Source: a bacterium (GTDB lineage Bacteria > Desulfobacterota > DSWW01). Taken from it: 64,000 nucleotides of DNA. The stretch's first letter is position 1; every line of letters starts with the position of its first letter. The position numbers were made by a program, and so were the translations under genes. The stretch spans positions 128,001-192,000 of the forward strand of contig JBFLZG010000002.1 of assembly GCA_040756235.1 (NCBI GenBank). The letters run 5' to 3'. Positions 1 to 9,552 of the stretch are shown one piece after another. The notes beneath the pieces were generated by a model. That model searched no databases and was not told the DNA's origin. It saw only the letters and a program-made list of their open reading frames with translations.

Positions 1-372
1 CCGTACTTCGCCAGGATCTTCGGGCTCCAGATGCCGGACCTCTCCTTTGACCTGTACCTGGAAGAAGGGGACGTGCTCATCGGGGAGGAACGCCTCCAGG
101 TCATCCACACGCCCGGGCACTCACCCGGTTCCGTTTGCCTCTACTGGCACGGCCCGGGTGTTCTGTTCTCAGGGGATCTGGTCTTTGCGCAGGGTGTCGG
201 GAGGACCGATTTTCCGGGCGGCGACTCCGAGTTGTTGAAGGAGAGCATCCGCAAGTGCCGTTCTCTCCGGCCGCAGATGCTCATGCCCGGCCACGGCGAG
301 GCGATCACGTCACAGGCCGCGGTGGAACAGAATTTCGATCTGATCGAAAGGATGTACTTCGACTATCTCTGA
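1..372 (+). CDS. MBL-fold metallo-hydrolase (glyoxalase II-like), 5' truncated by window edge
   Basis: Frame is open from base 1; motifs HTPGHSPGS, LFSGD, GRTD and PGHG typical of the glyoxalase-II-like MBL C-terminal half. Confidence 0.85.
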   Translation, partial: PYFARIFGLQMPDLSFDLYLEEGDVLIGEERLQVIHTPGHSPGSVCLYWHGPGVLFSGDLVFAQGVGRTDFPGGDSELLKESIRKCRSLRPQMLMPGHGEAITSQAAVEQNFDLIERMYFDYL

Positions 373-911
373 GAGGTGTCGACATTCAGCTCGGCGCGCA
401 GGTCCTCCTGGAAGCGAGCGATGAGCCTCCGTTCCTCTTCTTTCCAGGCGGGGGTGCACTCCGTGCAGGGGACCAGTCCCGAGCCGCGGATGCCCTCACT
501 CGCCAAGAGCTCTCGGAAGCGCGCCTCCGCTTCGGCCAGGGCCTGCTGCCGCAGACCCGCGGAGTTGTTCGCCCGTCGGGCAAGGGCCGCCTCCCAGGCC
601 CTCCGCCCCGTCTCGCCCAGGATCCGTTCCACGCCTGAGAGGACCCTCCCGTTCTCATGATAGGGGGAAAGACTTCCCAGGAACAGGTCCAGACAGATCG
701 AGCGCGCATGATCCTGTTGGGCAGGCGCGAGCCGAGTGAGCCACTGCTGGAAAGCGGACAGCTCCCTCTCCTCGTTGAGGAAAGGGAGAACGTGGCGGCG
801 GACGTCGTCCGCCAGTTCCTGTTGCTTCAGGACCTCTTTCTCGTCTTTGTTGAGCGAAAGATGCTTCGTCTTCTCGAGAATGAGATCCAGGGTGCTCTTG
901 ATGGCAGCCAA
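363..911 (-). CDS. Hypothetical protein
   Basis: 182-aa ORF with TTG start; N-terminus IKSTLDLILEKTKHL looks protein-like and helical; overlaps the convergent MBL stop by 10 bp. Confidence 0.65.
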   Translation of the reverse strand: MAAIKSTLDLILEKTKHLSLNKDEKEVLKQQELADDVRRHVLPFLNEERELSAFQQWLTRLAPAQQDHARSICLDLFLGSLSPYHENGRVLSGVERILGETGRRAWEAALARRANNSAGLRQQALAEAEARFRELLASEGIRGSGLVPCTECTPAWKEEERRLIARFQEDLRAELNVDTSQR

Positions 912-998
912 GGAAGAACCTTTCTCTTGGAGATTCCCTGTGACGACGTCCTTCCGTGCCGCGTATCTGGACGGCGCGGAGAGGAATGCTTCATACTC

Positions 999-1048
999 TT
1001 GTAAGCGACCGGCGGTCGCCGGAGGGCAAGCGCCGGTCGCCCCTACAA
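999..1048. repeat. Degenerate GTAG-type REP-like inverted repeat
   Basis: TTGTAAGCGACCGGCG (999-1014) versus reverse complement of 1031-1048, TTGTAGGGGCGACCGGCG; internal palindrome GCGACCGGCGGTCGC. Confidence 0.5.
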
Positions 1049-1141
1049 TTCAAATGTATCAGCTGTCGCGTGGCCCTGCAATCGCTCGAGGGCCGGGCGC
1101 GGGCTGCGCAAGCGTGCGCCGGAGACTGGAGGACGTCGGGC

Positions 1142-1894
1142 GTGGAGGTGACGATCCTGGGCTCCGGCACCGCCATTCCGGACAGGGAAAGAAGCTCTCC
1201 CGGGCTGGCGGTGCGCCTGGAGGATTCCCTTGCGTTTCTGGATCTGGGTTCCGGGAGCCTGGGGCGGGCTGCCCGCCTGAGCGTTCCTGTGGACGAGGTG
1301 GAGCTCGTCCTGCTCACGCATCTCCACCCCGATCACACGGCCGACCTCGTGCCGCTCCTGTTTGCTTTGCGCAATCCCGAGTGGCGTCGCGTCCGGCCCC
1401 TCCTGGTGGTCGGGGCCGAAGGGCTCGCGGAACACCTGTGGAGGTTGGACGCGGTCTACGGCGACTGGATCCGGCCGGCCGGATATGATCTGGACATCCG
1501 GGAGCTCGGGCGGAGCCGTCTCTCGCTGCCCCGGTGGCACTTACAGACCGAGCCGGTGCGCCACGGACCTCCGGCGATTGCCGCGGCCCTGACCGACGGG
1601 CGCGGCCGGAGGCTGGTCTACTCGGGAGACACCGAGTACTGCGAGGGGTTGGTGCGGATCGCCCAAGACGCAGACCTGCTCATTCTCGAATGCTCGTTCC
1701 CGGACGGCCGCATCTGCCCCGGGCACTTGACCCCGTCCCAAGCCGGAAGGGTCGCGCGTGAGGCGCGCTGCAAGAAGCTTCTGCTCACCCACTTCTATCC
1801 TGCCTGCCGCGGACACGACCTGCTCGCATCCTGCCGCGGTGCGTACCCGGGGCCGATCGTGCTCGCGGAAGACGGCTTGCGGATGGAAGTGTGA
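1142..1894 (+). CDS. RNase Z-like / MBL-fold phosphodiesterase
   Basis: VTILGSG start, THLHPDH metal motif, YSGDT, HLT and LLTHFYP; GTG start with GGAGG upstream. Confidence 0.85.
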   Translation: MEVTILGSGTAIPDRERSSPGLAVRLEDSLAFLDLGSGSLGRAARLSVPVDEVELVLLTHLHPDHTADLVPLLFALRNPEWRRVRPLLVVGAEGLAEHLWRLDAVYGDWIRPAGYDLDIRELGRSRLSLPRWHLQTEPVRHGPPAIAAALTDGRGRRLVYSGDTEYCEGLVRIAQDADLLILECSFPDGRICPGHLTPSQAGRVAREARCKKLLLTHFYPACRGHDLLASCRGAYPGPIVLAEDGLRMEV

Positions 1895-1915
1895 GAAGTG
1901 TGAGAGGGCGTCTGG

Positions 1916-2785
1916 TCAATAGATGAGTTTGTTCAAAGGATATTCGATGATCCCCGATGCCCCATTCCTCTTGAGCTCGGGTATGAGCTCTCGCGCTTTT
2001 TTCTCGTCCACGATCACCTCGATGCTGTACCAGTCCTGGTCTGAAAGGGGAGATACGGTGGGCGTGTGCAGAGCGGGCAGCACCTGAAGGATGTCCGCCA
2101 TGGATTCCTTGGGCACGTTCATCTTGAGCCCCACTTTCTGCTGCGCTTCGATGGCGGACTGGAGGAGCAGCGAGAGGTTCTGAATCTTCTCCTTCTTTTC
2201 CTTGTCCTTCCAGGAGTGGCGGTTGGCGATCAGCACCGTGGTCGATTCCAGCAAGGTCTCCAGGATACGAAGATTGTGCGCCCTCAGGGTGCTTCCCGTT
2301 TCCGTGAGCTCCACGATGGCATCGGCCAGCGTCGGCGTCTTGACTTCGGTTGCGCCCCAGGAGAACTCGACGATGGCCCGGATGCCCCTCTTCAGCAGGT
2401 AGCTCTTGGTGAATTGCACGAGCTCGGTTGCGATGCGCTTGCCCTGGAGGTCCTCGAGGCTGCGGATGGGTGAGGAATCGGGTACCGCCAGGACCCACCG
2501 GATCGGCCGAAACCCTGCTTTGGCGTAGAGGAGCGAGGCGACTTCGGTTACGTGAGCCCCCTGCTCGAGGACCCAGTCTCTTCCTGTGAGGCCTACGTCC
2601 AGGATGCCGTCCTGCACGTACCGGGGCATCTCCTGGGCCCGGATCAACAGGCATTCGATATCAGGATCATCGATTTCGGGAAAGTAGGAGCGGTCGCCGA
2701 CGGTGACGCTGAACCCCGCCTTCTTGAACAGGTGGAAGGTGGCGTTCTGCAGGCTGCCTTTGGGAAGTCCCAGTCTCAGCTTCAT
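1916..2785 (-). CDS. hisG: ATP phosphoribosyltransferase (long form)
   Basis: [44 protein letters not shown] and C-terminal regulatory domain. Confidence 0.95.
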   Translation of the reverse strand: MKLRLGLPKGSLQNATFHLFKKAGFSVTVGDRSYFPEIDDPDIECLLIRAQEMPRYVQDGILDVGLTGRDWVLEQGAHVTEVASLLYAKAGFRPIRWVLAVPDSSPIRSLEDLQGKRIATELVQFTKSYLLKRGIRAIVEFSWGATEVKTPTLADAIVELTETGSTLRAHNLRILETLLESTTVLIANRHSWKDKEKKEKIQNLSLLLQSAIEAQQKVGLKMNVPKESMADILQVLPALHTPTVSPLSDQDWYSIEVIVDEKKARELIPELKRNGASGIIEYPLNKLIY

Positions 2786-3594
2786 GCGTTCCTTCTGGAC
2801 GCCCTGGACAGCCCCGGCTGCAGGGCTTGCCGCGGCCGAACCCAGACCAGGACATAGGCTGCGAACAGCAGCGCAGCGAGGCTGACCACCTGGGACTCGG
2901 ACAGAGCAAGGCCCGCCACCGTGAGAAAACCCCGCGGGTCGTCGCGCAGCAGCTCGATGAGGAACCGGGTGATCGGATACAGGATGAGGCAGATCGCCAT
3001 GACCTCGCCGTGAAAACGCTTCTTCTTCCTGTAGAGCCATACGATCGTAAAGATGACCAGCGCGTTTATGGCGGAGAGGATCTGGGTCGGGTAAAGGGGT
3101 TCGTTTAAGATGCCGAGCCCCAGCGGGTTGCGGAACGTGATCCCGAGCTCGAAATCCAGCGGGCAGACCTTTCCGTAGCAGCAGCCGGCCAGCAGACAGC
3201 CGATTCTGCCGAAGACCAGCCCCAGGATGACGGAGGGCAGCAGGAGGTCCCCCACTTCCCAGAAATTCAATTTGTGCATGCGGACGTAGACGGCGGACGT
3301 GAGGACCGCGGCCAGAAAGCCGCCGTAGAACACCAGGCCGCCTTCCCAGAGCTTGAAAATGCGCAGCGGGTCCTTGAGATATTGCGGGTAGAAGACGATA
3401 CAGTGGAAAAGGCGGGATCCCACGATCGAGCTGAGGAGGATCCAGAAGGTGAGATTGAGTATCTTGTCCGGATCCACTCCGGTGCGCACGGCTTCACGGG
3501 CGGCCAGGCTGATGCCCACCATGAAGCCGATGGCCAGCATGACGCCGTAGGAGTGGATGCTGAATCCGTGAAATTGGATGAGGATGGGATGCAT
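2782..3594 (-). CDS. lgt: Prolipoprotein diacylglyceryl transferase
   Basis: [39 protein letters not shown] and [10 protein letters not shown]; multiple TM segments. Confidence 0.95.
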   Translation of the reverse strand: MHPILIQFHGFSIHSYGVMLAIGFMVGISLAAREAVRTGVDPDKILNLTFWILLSSIVGSRLFHCIVFYPQYLKDPLRIFKLWEGGLVFYGGFLAAVLTSAVYVRMHKLNFWEVGDLLLPSVILGLVFGRIGCLLAGCCYGKVCPLDFELGITFRNPLGLGILNEPLYPTQILSAINALVIFTIVWLYRKKKRFHGEVMAICLILYPITRFLIELLRDDPRGFLTVAGLALSESQVVSLAALLFAAYVLVWVRPRQALQPGLSRASRRNA

Positions 3595-3657
3595 GAAGCA
3601 CGCGTGTTCTGAAGCAGCAGGTTGTGAGTGGAGATCGGTTCCAGAAACCCAGGTCAG

Positions 3658-3685
3658 ATTCTAGCTGTTCGGGGTGGGTTGTCAA
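3658..3685 (-). promoter_or_regulatory. Sigma-70 promoter for lgt-hisG
   Basis: Minus strand TTGACA-16 nt-TAGAAT. Confidence 0.65.
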
Positions 3686-3819
3686 GCCACGGGAACGGTC
3701 CCCGCAGAGGGAAGCTCCACGTATCCGCCTGCGTAAGGCCGTGGAAATTTTGTTTTCCTCGGGCCTGGGCTATACTGGGCCGGCTTTCGAGACCGGCCCA
3801 GCGGCCATAGGGAGGTATC

Positions 3820-4350
3820 ATGATCTGGTTCTCGCGTCTGGTCCTCGGAGCGGTCCTCGTGCTGCTCCTCGTCGTTCCGGCAGGTTCCGGCCAGATGTAC
3901 GGCTGGAGAGATGCACAAGGGACTCTCCACCTGACGGATGACCTCACGAAGGTCCCCGCATCGCACCGAGACAAGGCCCAGGTCTTTTCTCTGCCTGAAA
4001 GCACGGCGCCCGCCCCGAGCGTAGAACGCTCCACCGGTGCGGAAGAGGAGTCCGGAGAGGAAGAGGCAGAGGAAGAGGCCGAGACAGAAGAAGGGCCCGC
4101 GGATCCGTTCGCCGACTGTCGCGCGGAGCTTCGAGCGGAGGTTGCCCGTTGGCAGGGTCGCCTGGCCGAGGATGCGAAGCGGAAAGAACAGATCACCAGG
4201 GAAATCCATCGTACGACAACGGCCCGAAAGAAGAACGATCTCCAGGCGGAACGGTCCGAGCTGAACAGAAGGATCGAGGAGGCCAGGCAGATGCTGGAGA
4301 CAGGCCTTCGGAATCAGGCGCGTGAATGCCGCATGGATCCGGACTGGTGA
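3820..4350 (+). CDS. DUF4124-like exported protein
   Basis: Signal peptide, then MYGWRDAQGTLHLTDD...VP motif, acidic linker and coiled-coil C-terminus; GGAGGT RBS. Confidence 0.75.
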   Translation: MIWFSRLVLGAVLVLLLVVPAGSGQMYGWRDAQGTLHLTDDLTKVPASHRDKAQVFSLPESTAPAPSVERSTGAEEESGEEEAEEEAETEEGPADPFADCRAELRAEVARWQGRLAEDAKRKEQITREIHRTTTARKKNDLQAERSELNRRIEEARQMLETGLRNQARECRMDPDW

Positions 4351-4363
4351 TCCAGGAGCCGAA

Positions 4364-5320
4364 ATGGGACCCCAGGGGGAGTTGCGCAGGGCGCCGGCCC
4401 TCCGGCCTGGAGACTGGGTGGGGTTGGCCGCTCCTTCGAGCCCGTTCAGCACGCAAGCCCTGCAGGAAGGCATTGCCTTTCTGATGAGCCTGGGCCTCCG
4501 TGTCCGCTGCCTTCCCGAATTGTCGAAGCGGCGGAAAGGCTTCCTGGCCGGAACGGATGCCGAGAGAGCGGCGGAGCTGCATGCTCATTTCGAGGACCCG
4601 GAAGTCAGGGCCATCTTCGCCGTTCGAGGGGGCTACGGGGCGCAGAGGATCCTGGACAAGCTCGATCCGCTCGTGATCCGGAGGAACCCCAAGATTTTCG
4701 TCGGATACAGCGACCTGACCTGCCTTCTCTCTTTCTTGCTGGACCGCTGCCACATGGTCTGCATCCACGGCCCCATGGTAGTCGAAGCAGGTGCGCTGAC
4801 GGGGCGCACGAAGCGCTGGCTGTGGCGCTGTCTCTCCTGCCCGGAAGCTCTTGGCCGCGTTCCGCTGCCCAGGGCGAGATGGGTGCGCGCGGATCGGGCC
4901 AGGGTCCGGGCTCCTCTGGTCGGTGGCAACCTCTCCATCATCTGCTCCACCATCGGGACGCCCTGGGAGATCGGGACCGAAGGAAGGATCCTGTTTCTCG
5001 AGGACTGGGGAGAAAAGCCATACAAAATCGACCGGATGCTGGTGCAGCTTCGGCAAGCTGGCAAGCTTTCCTCACTTGCAGGTCTCCTGTTTGGGGACGT
5101 TCTGACAGGGAAGGGCTCGGACCGGGCGGCCAGGGACCGCAAGATCGTGGAAGAAGTCGTTCGTGAAAACACTCTGGACCTCGGCGTACCCGTCGTCATC
5201 GGGCTGCCGGTGGGACACGGGAAGGAAAACCTGCCCCTGCCCGTCGGCCCCATGGCGGAGCTCGACGGAAGCCGGAGGACCTTCTCCATTCTGGAGCCTG
5301 CCGTGGCGGAGCGCTCATGA
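4364..5320 (+). CDS. ldcA: LD-carboxypeptidase (peptidase S66)
   Basis: APSS, AGTDAERA, RGGYG, GYSD (catalytic Ser), GGNL, LFLED and GH. Confidence 0.9.
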   Translation: MGPQGELRRAPALRPGDWVGLAAPSSPFSTQALQEGIAFLMSLGLRVRCLPELSKRRKGFLAGTDAERAAELHAHFEDPEVRAIFAVRGGYGAQRILDKLDPLVIRRNPKIFVGYSDLTCLLSFLLDRCHMVCIHGPMVVEAGALTGRTKRWLWRCLSCPEALGRVPLPRARWVRADRARVRAPLVGGNLSIICSTIGTPWEIGTEGRILFLEDWGEKPYKIDRMLVQLRQAGKLSSLAGLLFGDVLTGKGSDRAARDRKIVEEVVRENTLDLGVPVVIGLPVGHGKENLPLPVGPMAELDGSRRTFSILEPAVAERS

Positions 5321-6447
5321 CCGGCAGCGGCTTCCAGGGACTGGATCAGCTCCTTCGGGAACGGATCGAGGTCGACGGTGCGATCCCGGGAGCCGTGGTG
5401 CTGGTACGCAAGGGTGAAGAGATCCTCTTTCACGAAGCCTACGGCAATCGCCAGAGAATCCCCGCACTACGTCCCATGCAACGGGACACGGTATTCGACC
5501 TGGCCTCCCTGACCAAGCCTGTTGCGACCGCCCTCTGCACGCAACTGCTGTGGCAGCAGGGCGGCATGGATCCGGACGATCGGCTCGAGCGTCATCTGGG
5601 GCCCCTGAATGACGCGGCCAAGAGGGGCATCAACATCCGGCACCTTCTCTCTCATTGCTCCGGACTGCCGGCCTGGAGGCCCTTCTACCAAAATTTTCCG
5701 GAGCCCGGACGCGGAATCGACGCGGAGGCGATCATCGGCAGGGTTCTCGAGGAGCCGCTCGAGGCGCTCCCGGGGGAGAAGGAGATTTACTCGGATCTGG
5801 GTTTCATTCTGCTGGGCCGGGCTCTGGAAGCGGTAGCGGGGAGTCCGCTGGACCGTCTGTTCGAGGACAGGATCAGCCGGCCTCTGGGCCTTGTGCAGAC
5901 CGGTTACAGGCGGCTCGGGAAAGCGCCGGAGCAAGGCGCACCCGGCGCGGACGGCAACATTGCAGCCACCGAGCTCTGCCCCTGGCGCCGACGGATTCTC
6001 GTCGGCGAGGTGCACGACGAGAATGCCTACGTCATGGGAGGTGTTTCCGGTCACGCGGGGCTTTTCTCCACCTGTGCCGATCTGGACCGGATCGTACGAG
6101 AAGTCTTCAGAGGCAGCCGGGGCTCATCGGAGCTTTTTCACAGGGAAGGGGTCCGCACCTTCCTGAAGAGACAGGATCGTCTGCCGGGGGCGACCTGGGC
6201 CCTCGGATGGGACACGCCGTCCTTGCAGCATTCAGCCGCCGGGCGGTATTTCTCACGCAACTCTTTCGGCCACAACGGCTTCACCGGGACATCGCTCTGG
6301 ATGGACCTGGACAGAGAGCTTGCGGTGGTGCTGCTCACCAACCGGGTCCATCCCGATCGGGGAAATCTCGCCATCCGGGAGCTGCGACCGCAGGTTCACG
6401 ATGCCGTCATGGAGGAGCTCCTTCCACCGGAGCGTGCGGCAAGATGA
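5317..6447 (+). CDS. Serine hydrolase, beta-lactamase class C/AmiE-like family
   Basis: FDLASLTK (SxxK), HLLSHCSGL, YSDLGF, GEVHDENA, GHAGLFS, GHNGFTG and LLTNRVHP; ATGA overlap with upstream gene. Confidence 0.9.
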   Translation: MTGSGFQGLDQLLRERIEVDGAIPGAVVLVRKGEEILFHEAYGNRQRIPALRPMQRDTVFDLASLTKPVATALCTQLLWQQGGMDPDDRLERHLGPLNDAAKRGINIRHLLSHCSGLPAWRPFYQNFPEPGRGIDAEAIIGRVLEEPLEALPGEKEIYSDLGFILLGRALEAVAGSPLDRLFEDRISRPLGLVQTGYRRLGKAPEQGAPGADGNIAATELCPWRRRILVGEVHDENAYVMGGVSGHAGLFSTCADLDRIVREVFRGSRGSSELFHREGVRTFLKRQDRLPGATWALGWDTPSLQHSAAGRYFSRNSFGHNGFTGTSLWMDLDRELAVVLLTNRVHPDRGNLAIRELRPQVHDAVMEELLPPERAAR

Positions 6448-7967
6448 CTGAAAAGGTGTCGAAAGACATCCTCGAAAGGGGGGAAAGCCATATGGATACA
6501 GGAGGACGGCGGACGCTCGCTCGGCAAATGCCCCGCACCGTGCACTTCATCGGGGTATGCGGGACGGGCATGGGAGCACTGGCGCTGCTGTTTCGGGAGG
6601 CGGGGGTCTCCGTGCGGGGGTCCGACCTCCAGGCGTACCCGCCGATGGGGGATCTGCTCCGCTCCGCTGGAATCGATATCCGCCTGGGTTACAGGCCGGA
6701 GAACCTCGACGGCGACGTCTCTTACGTGGTGGTGGGAAACGCGGTGTCGAAGGGGAACCCGGAAGTCGAGGAGCTGTTTCGAAGAGGCCTGCCGTACGGA
6801 TCTTTTCCGGAAACACTGGCCCGCTTTTTCCTGGCCGGCCGGGATCCCGTGGTGGTCGTGGGGACCCACGGCAAGACGACTTCCACCGCCTTGCTGGCGT
6901 GGCTCCTGCACGCGGCTGGTCTGGAGCCCGGCTTTCTCGTCGGCGGGGAGCCCAAGAACTTCCAATCCAGCAGCCGCTGCGGCGCAGGGCCGTACTTCGT
7001 GGTGGAGGGGGATGAGTACGACAGCGCTTTTTTCGACAAGGGGCCGAAATTCCTTCACTACCGCCCGAGCTTCGCGCTGTTTACGTCGCTCGAGTTCGAC
7101 CATGCCGACATCTACCCGGACCTGGATGCGATTCGGGACCAGTTCAGGCGCTTCTCGGCGCTGCTCCCCAAACACGGGTCTCTGCTCGTGTGCTCGGAAT
7201 ACCCCGGTGCGGTGGAGATCACGCGTGATCTGACCTGCAGGGTGGAAACCTACGGATACGGCGCCGGGTCCAACTGGAGAGGCGTTCTGAGGCAGAACGG
7301 GTCGCGCGGGCTCACGCTGGACGTGGTCGAGAGAGCTCGCTTCGTCGGTTCTTTCTCCTGTCCCCTCAGCGGCAGGCACAACGGGCTCAATGTTCTTGGC
7401 TCCGTCGGTCTCCTCCATGCACTGGGCGTTCCGGCGGAGCGCATCCAGGACGGACTGACAAGCTTCCTGGGCGTGAGCCGCAGGCAGGAGGTGCTGGGTG
7501 AGGCGGACGGGGTGGTGTTGGTCGACGACTTCGCGCATCATCCCACGGCCATCCGAGAGACGTTGCAGGCGATCGTCGCGCGTTACCCGGGGAGAAGGAT
7601 CCTGGCCGCGTACGAGCCCCGAACCCATACGAGCCGCAAGAAAGTGTTTCAAGAAGAGTATGTTGAGGCATTTCAGGATGCGGATGTTGCGATCTGCGGC
7701 AGGATCTTCCGTCCCGAGACGGTGGCCGTCGAGGAGAGGTTTCGGCCGGACCTCTGGGAGCGAGAGCTGCGCGCGCGGGGCCATGAGGCCTATTATCTGG
7801 AGGACTTGAGAGAATTGGAGGAGTTCCTCGTTCGCGGGTGCAGGCCTGGAGATCTGGTCCTGTTCATGTCGAGCGGGGACTTCGACGGTGTGCCCGGACG
7901 GGTGCTCGACGGCCTCCGGGAGAGGACCTGCGAGGGGAGGCATGCTCCGGGAGAACACCCGGCTTGA
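6444..7967 (+). CDS. mpl: Murein peptide ligase (UDP-MurNAc:L-Ala-gamma-D-Glu-mDAP ligase)
   Basis: HFIGVCGTGM, YPPM, GTHGKTTST, EGDEYDSAFFDK, LEFDHADI and DDFAHHPTAI; start could alternatively be 6528. Confidence 0.92.
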   Translation: MTEKVSKDILERGESHMDTGGRRTLARQMPRTVHFIGVCGTGMGALALLFREAGVSVRGSDLQAYPPMGDLLRSAGIDIRLGYRPENLDGDVSYVVVGNAVSKGNPEVEELFRRGLPYGSFPETLARFFLAGRDPVVVVGTHGKTTSTALLAWLLHAAGLEPGFLVGGEPKNFQSSSRCGAGPYFVVEGDEYDSAFFDKGPKFLHYRPSFALFTSLEFDHADIYPDLDAIRDQFRRFSALLPKHGSLLVCSEYPGAVEITRDLTCRVETYGYGAGSNWRGVLRQNGSRGLTLDVVERARFVGSFSCPLSGRHNGLNVLGSVGLLHALGVPAERIQDGLTSFLGVSRRQEVLGEADGVVLVDDFAHHPTAIRETLQAIVARYPGRRILAAYEPRTHTSRKKVFQEEYVEAFQDADVAICGRIFRPETVAVEERFRPDLWERELRARGHEAYYLEDLRELEEFLVRGCRPGDLVLFMSSGDFDGVPGRVLDGLRERTCEGRHAPGEHPA

Positions 7968-7974
7968 GGTTTTC

Positions 7975-8247
7975 ATGACGAGGGACGACAAAGACAGAAT
8001 CGAAGACTCCGGAAAGGATCAGGAAAAGGCCGAGGAGGACAGGAAGATCCGCCAGCTCCGAATCGTGGCGGACTTCACCTGCTGGGTGCTCAGTGCGGAA
8101 GACATCCAGCTTTCAGAGGCCCGGCACATCATTGCGGGCGTGAAGAGATTCGCCATGGGTCTCTTTCCCGGGAAGGAAGAGACCTTCGATCTCATTTACG
8201 GTCGCAGATTCCGAAGGATCCTGTTGGAACGCTTTCCTCTTTCATAG
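7975..8247 (+). CDS. Small hypothetical protein
   Basis: 90-aa ORF 7 bp after mpl, GAGG RBS; motif-like LFPGKEETFDLIYGRRF. Confidence 0.7.
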   Translation: MTRDDKDRIEDSGKDQEKAEEDRKIRQLRIVADFTCWVLSAEDIQLSEARHIIAGVKRFAMGLFPGKEETFDLIYGRRFRRILLERFPLS

Positions 8248-8254
8248 AGCATAG

Positions 8255-8338
8255 AGGCTGTCGATAAACGGCCATCTGCGGCGTTGCGCTCACGGCGCGG
8301 CACGCAGGCGGGGAAGCCTGCCCCGGCCAAAGCCGGGG
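8255..8338. repeat. MITE-like end fragment plus GC-rich hairpins in a convergent spacer
   Basis: AGGCTGTCGATAAACGGCCATCTGCGG matches repeat ends at 26726-26751 and 63945-63968 (reverse complement); hairpins GCAGGC-GCCTGC and CCCCGGC-CAAA-GCCGGGG. Confidence 0.5.
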
Positions 8339-8357
8339 TCCCCCGATAACCCCGGGC

Positions 8358-8759
8358 TCAGCCGTCCGTGCCGGTCCTCAAGTCCGGCTCGCGGACGGAG
8401 GGACCGCCGTTGTCGCTGACGACGCCGCCAAGGAGAACCTGCAACTCTTCGGGCCGAAGCAGGTCGCGGTCGTAGGATTTCCTTTCTTTGATCTGTCGAT
8501 AGCATTCTTCGTAGCGCTCGAGGCGCTTCTGGTGATGGTCCACCATCGCCCTTGCCTGCATGATGAACCCTTGGACGACCTCCCGTTCCGCATCGGTCCG
8601 GACTTGATTGTGCTCGTTCATCAGCAGATCGAGAAACCGCATCTCCCGCTTGATGTCAAAGGGGATGAGCTTCAGTTCTTTCTTGAGCTGTCTCAAGCCG
8701 AGGTCTAGGGACCTCTTGCCGTTTCTTGGCTTGCTGCTGCTCTTCCGCTTCTTCTCCAT
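8358..8759 (-). CDS. Hypothetical protein (basic N-terminus, helical/coiled-coil)
   Basis: 133-aa ORF, ATG preceded by AAGGGGAAAA, downstream of a consensus sigma-54 promoter. Confidence 0.7.
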   Translation of the reverse strand: MEKKRKSSSKPRNGKRSLDLGLRQLKKELKLIPFDIKREMRFLDLLMNEHNQVRTDAEREVVQGFIMQARAMVDHHQKRLERYEECYRQIKERKSYDRDLLRPEELQVLLGGVVSDNGGPSVREPDLRTGTDG

Positions 8760-8823
8760 GTCTTTTCCCCTTTTCACGGCAAGTCAGGCTGAAGGTGTGG
8801 GTGCCAGGTGATAGCGGCTTTGG

Positions 8824-8839
8824 GCAAATAGCGTGCCAA
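8824..8839 (-). promoter_or_regulatory. Sigma-54 (-24/-12) promoter
   Basis: Minus strand TTGGCACG-CTAT-TTGC matches TGGCACG-N4-TTGC; ~65 bp upstream of the ORF at 8759. Confidence 0.8.
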
Positions 8840-9094
8840 CTTTTCGTTTTATCGAATTTTTCTTGTGCGCCAAAGGCTTGTATGCATCTTGTCTCATTTA
8901 GGACTGATCTATTTGATGTCCCAATCCTTACAGACGTTGCCCGCCTTCCGTAAAAAAACAATGTAAAGATATTTATTCTGGCCAGAATCGTGGGACTTCC
9001 ACCCCGAGCGTACAGATTTGCACGTCACCGGAGGATGTGTTATCCACCGGCCGCAGGGCGCGGATGCTTTAAAGACCCGAGAGAAGGATGAAGC

Positions 9095-9487
9095 ATGCTT
9101 CTTCCAATCAGGACGTTTGCGGTTGTCTGTGGCTTCTTATCGGCCCTGTCGTCAGTCGCTGCACGGGCCGACGAGCAGATCGCCGGTGCGATCGAGAAGA
9201 ACGACCCGACGTTCGTGCGCGAGTACGAGGATCTCGACTACAAGGGTCACATGGACTGGAAGGAATGGGGCAAGGGGCTCAGGGCTTTGGGTTGGATAGG
9301 GGTTCGCGGAGACTCCGGCGAACCGAAGGATCTCCTGCTGCTGGTGGTGGATACCCGGACTCAGATCCTGAGAGTGGATGGCAGCAAAGGGGGATTTGAG
9401 GACCTCCTGCCCGGACGAAAGGTCTCCGCCAGCTATCGCATGGGCTGGGATGCCCTGCATGCTACCGAGGTCAGGGTCACCCGGTAG
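9095..9487 (+). CDS. Hypothetical exported protein (possible small OB-fold/DUF5666-like C-terminus)
   Basis: Signal peptide ending AARA; C-terminal pattern VDTRTQI...FEDLLPGRKVSASY...ATEVRV. Confidence 0.6.
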   Translation: MLLPIRTFAVVCGFLSALSSVAARADEQIAGAIEKNDPTFVREYEDLDYKGHMDWKEWGKGLRALGWIGVRGDSGEPKDLLLLVVDTRTQILRVDGSKGGFEDLLPGRKVSASYRMGWDALHATEVRVTR

Positions 9488-9552
9488 CAGCAGGAGCTCG
9501 GGACCGATGCTGTCCCGCTACGCTACGCGTGGATGAGGGTCGGAGAAGCGCT

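Noticed and set aside
5655..6443. N-terminal extension of the 770-aa ORF ending in mpl
   Set aside because: Off-frame overlap with the serine hydrolase; mpl homology starts after 6444, so it is not a fusion
9040..9048. DnaA-box-like TTATCCACC near an AT-rich tract (possible oriC)
   Set aside because: Single 8/9 match, no box cluster and no dnaA/gidA context
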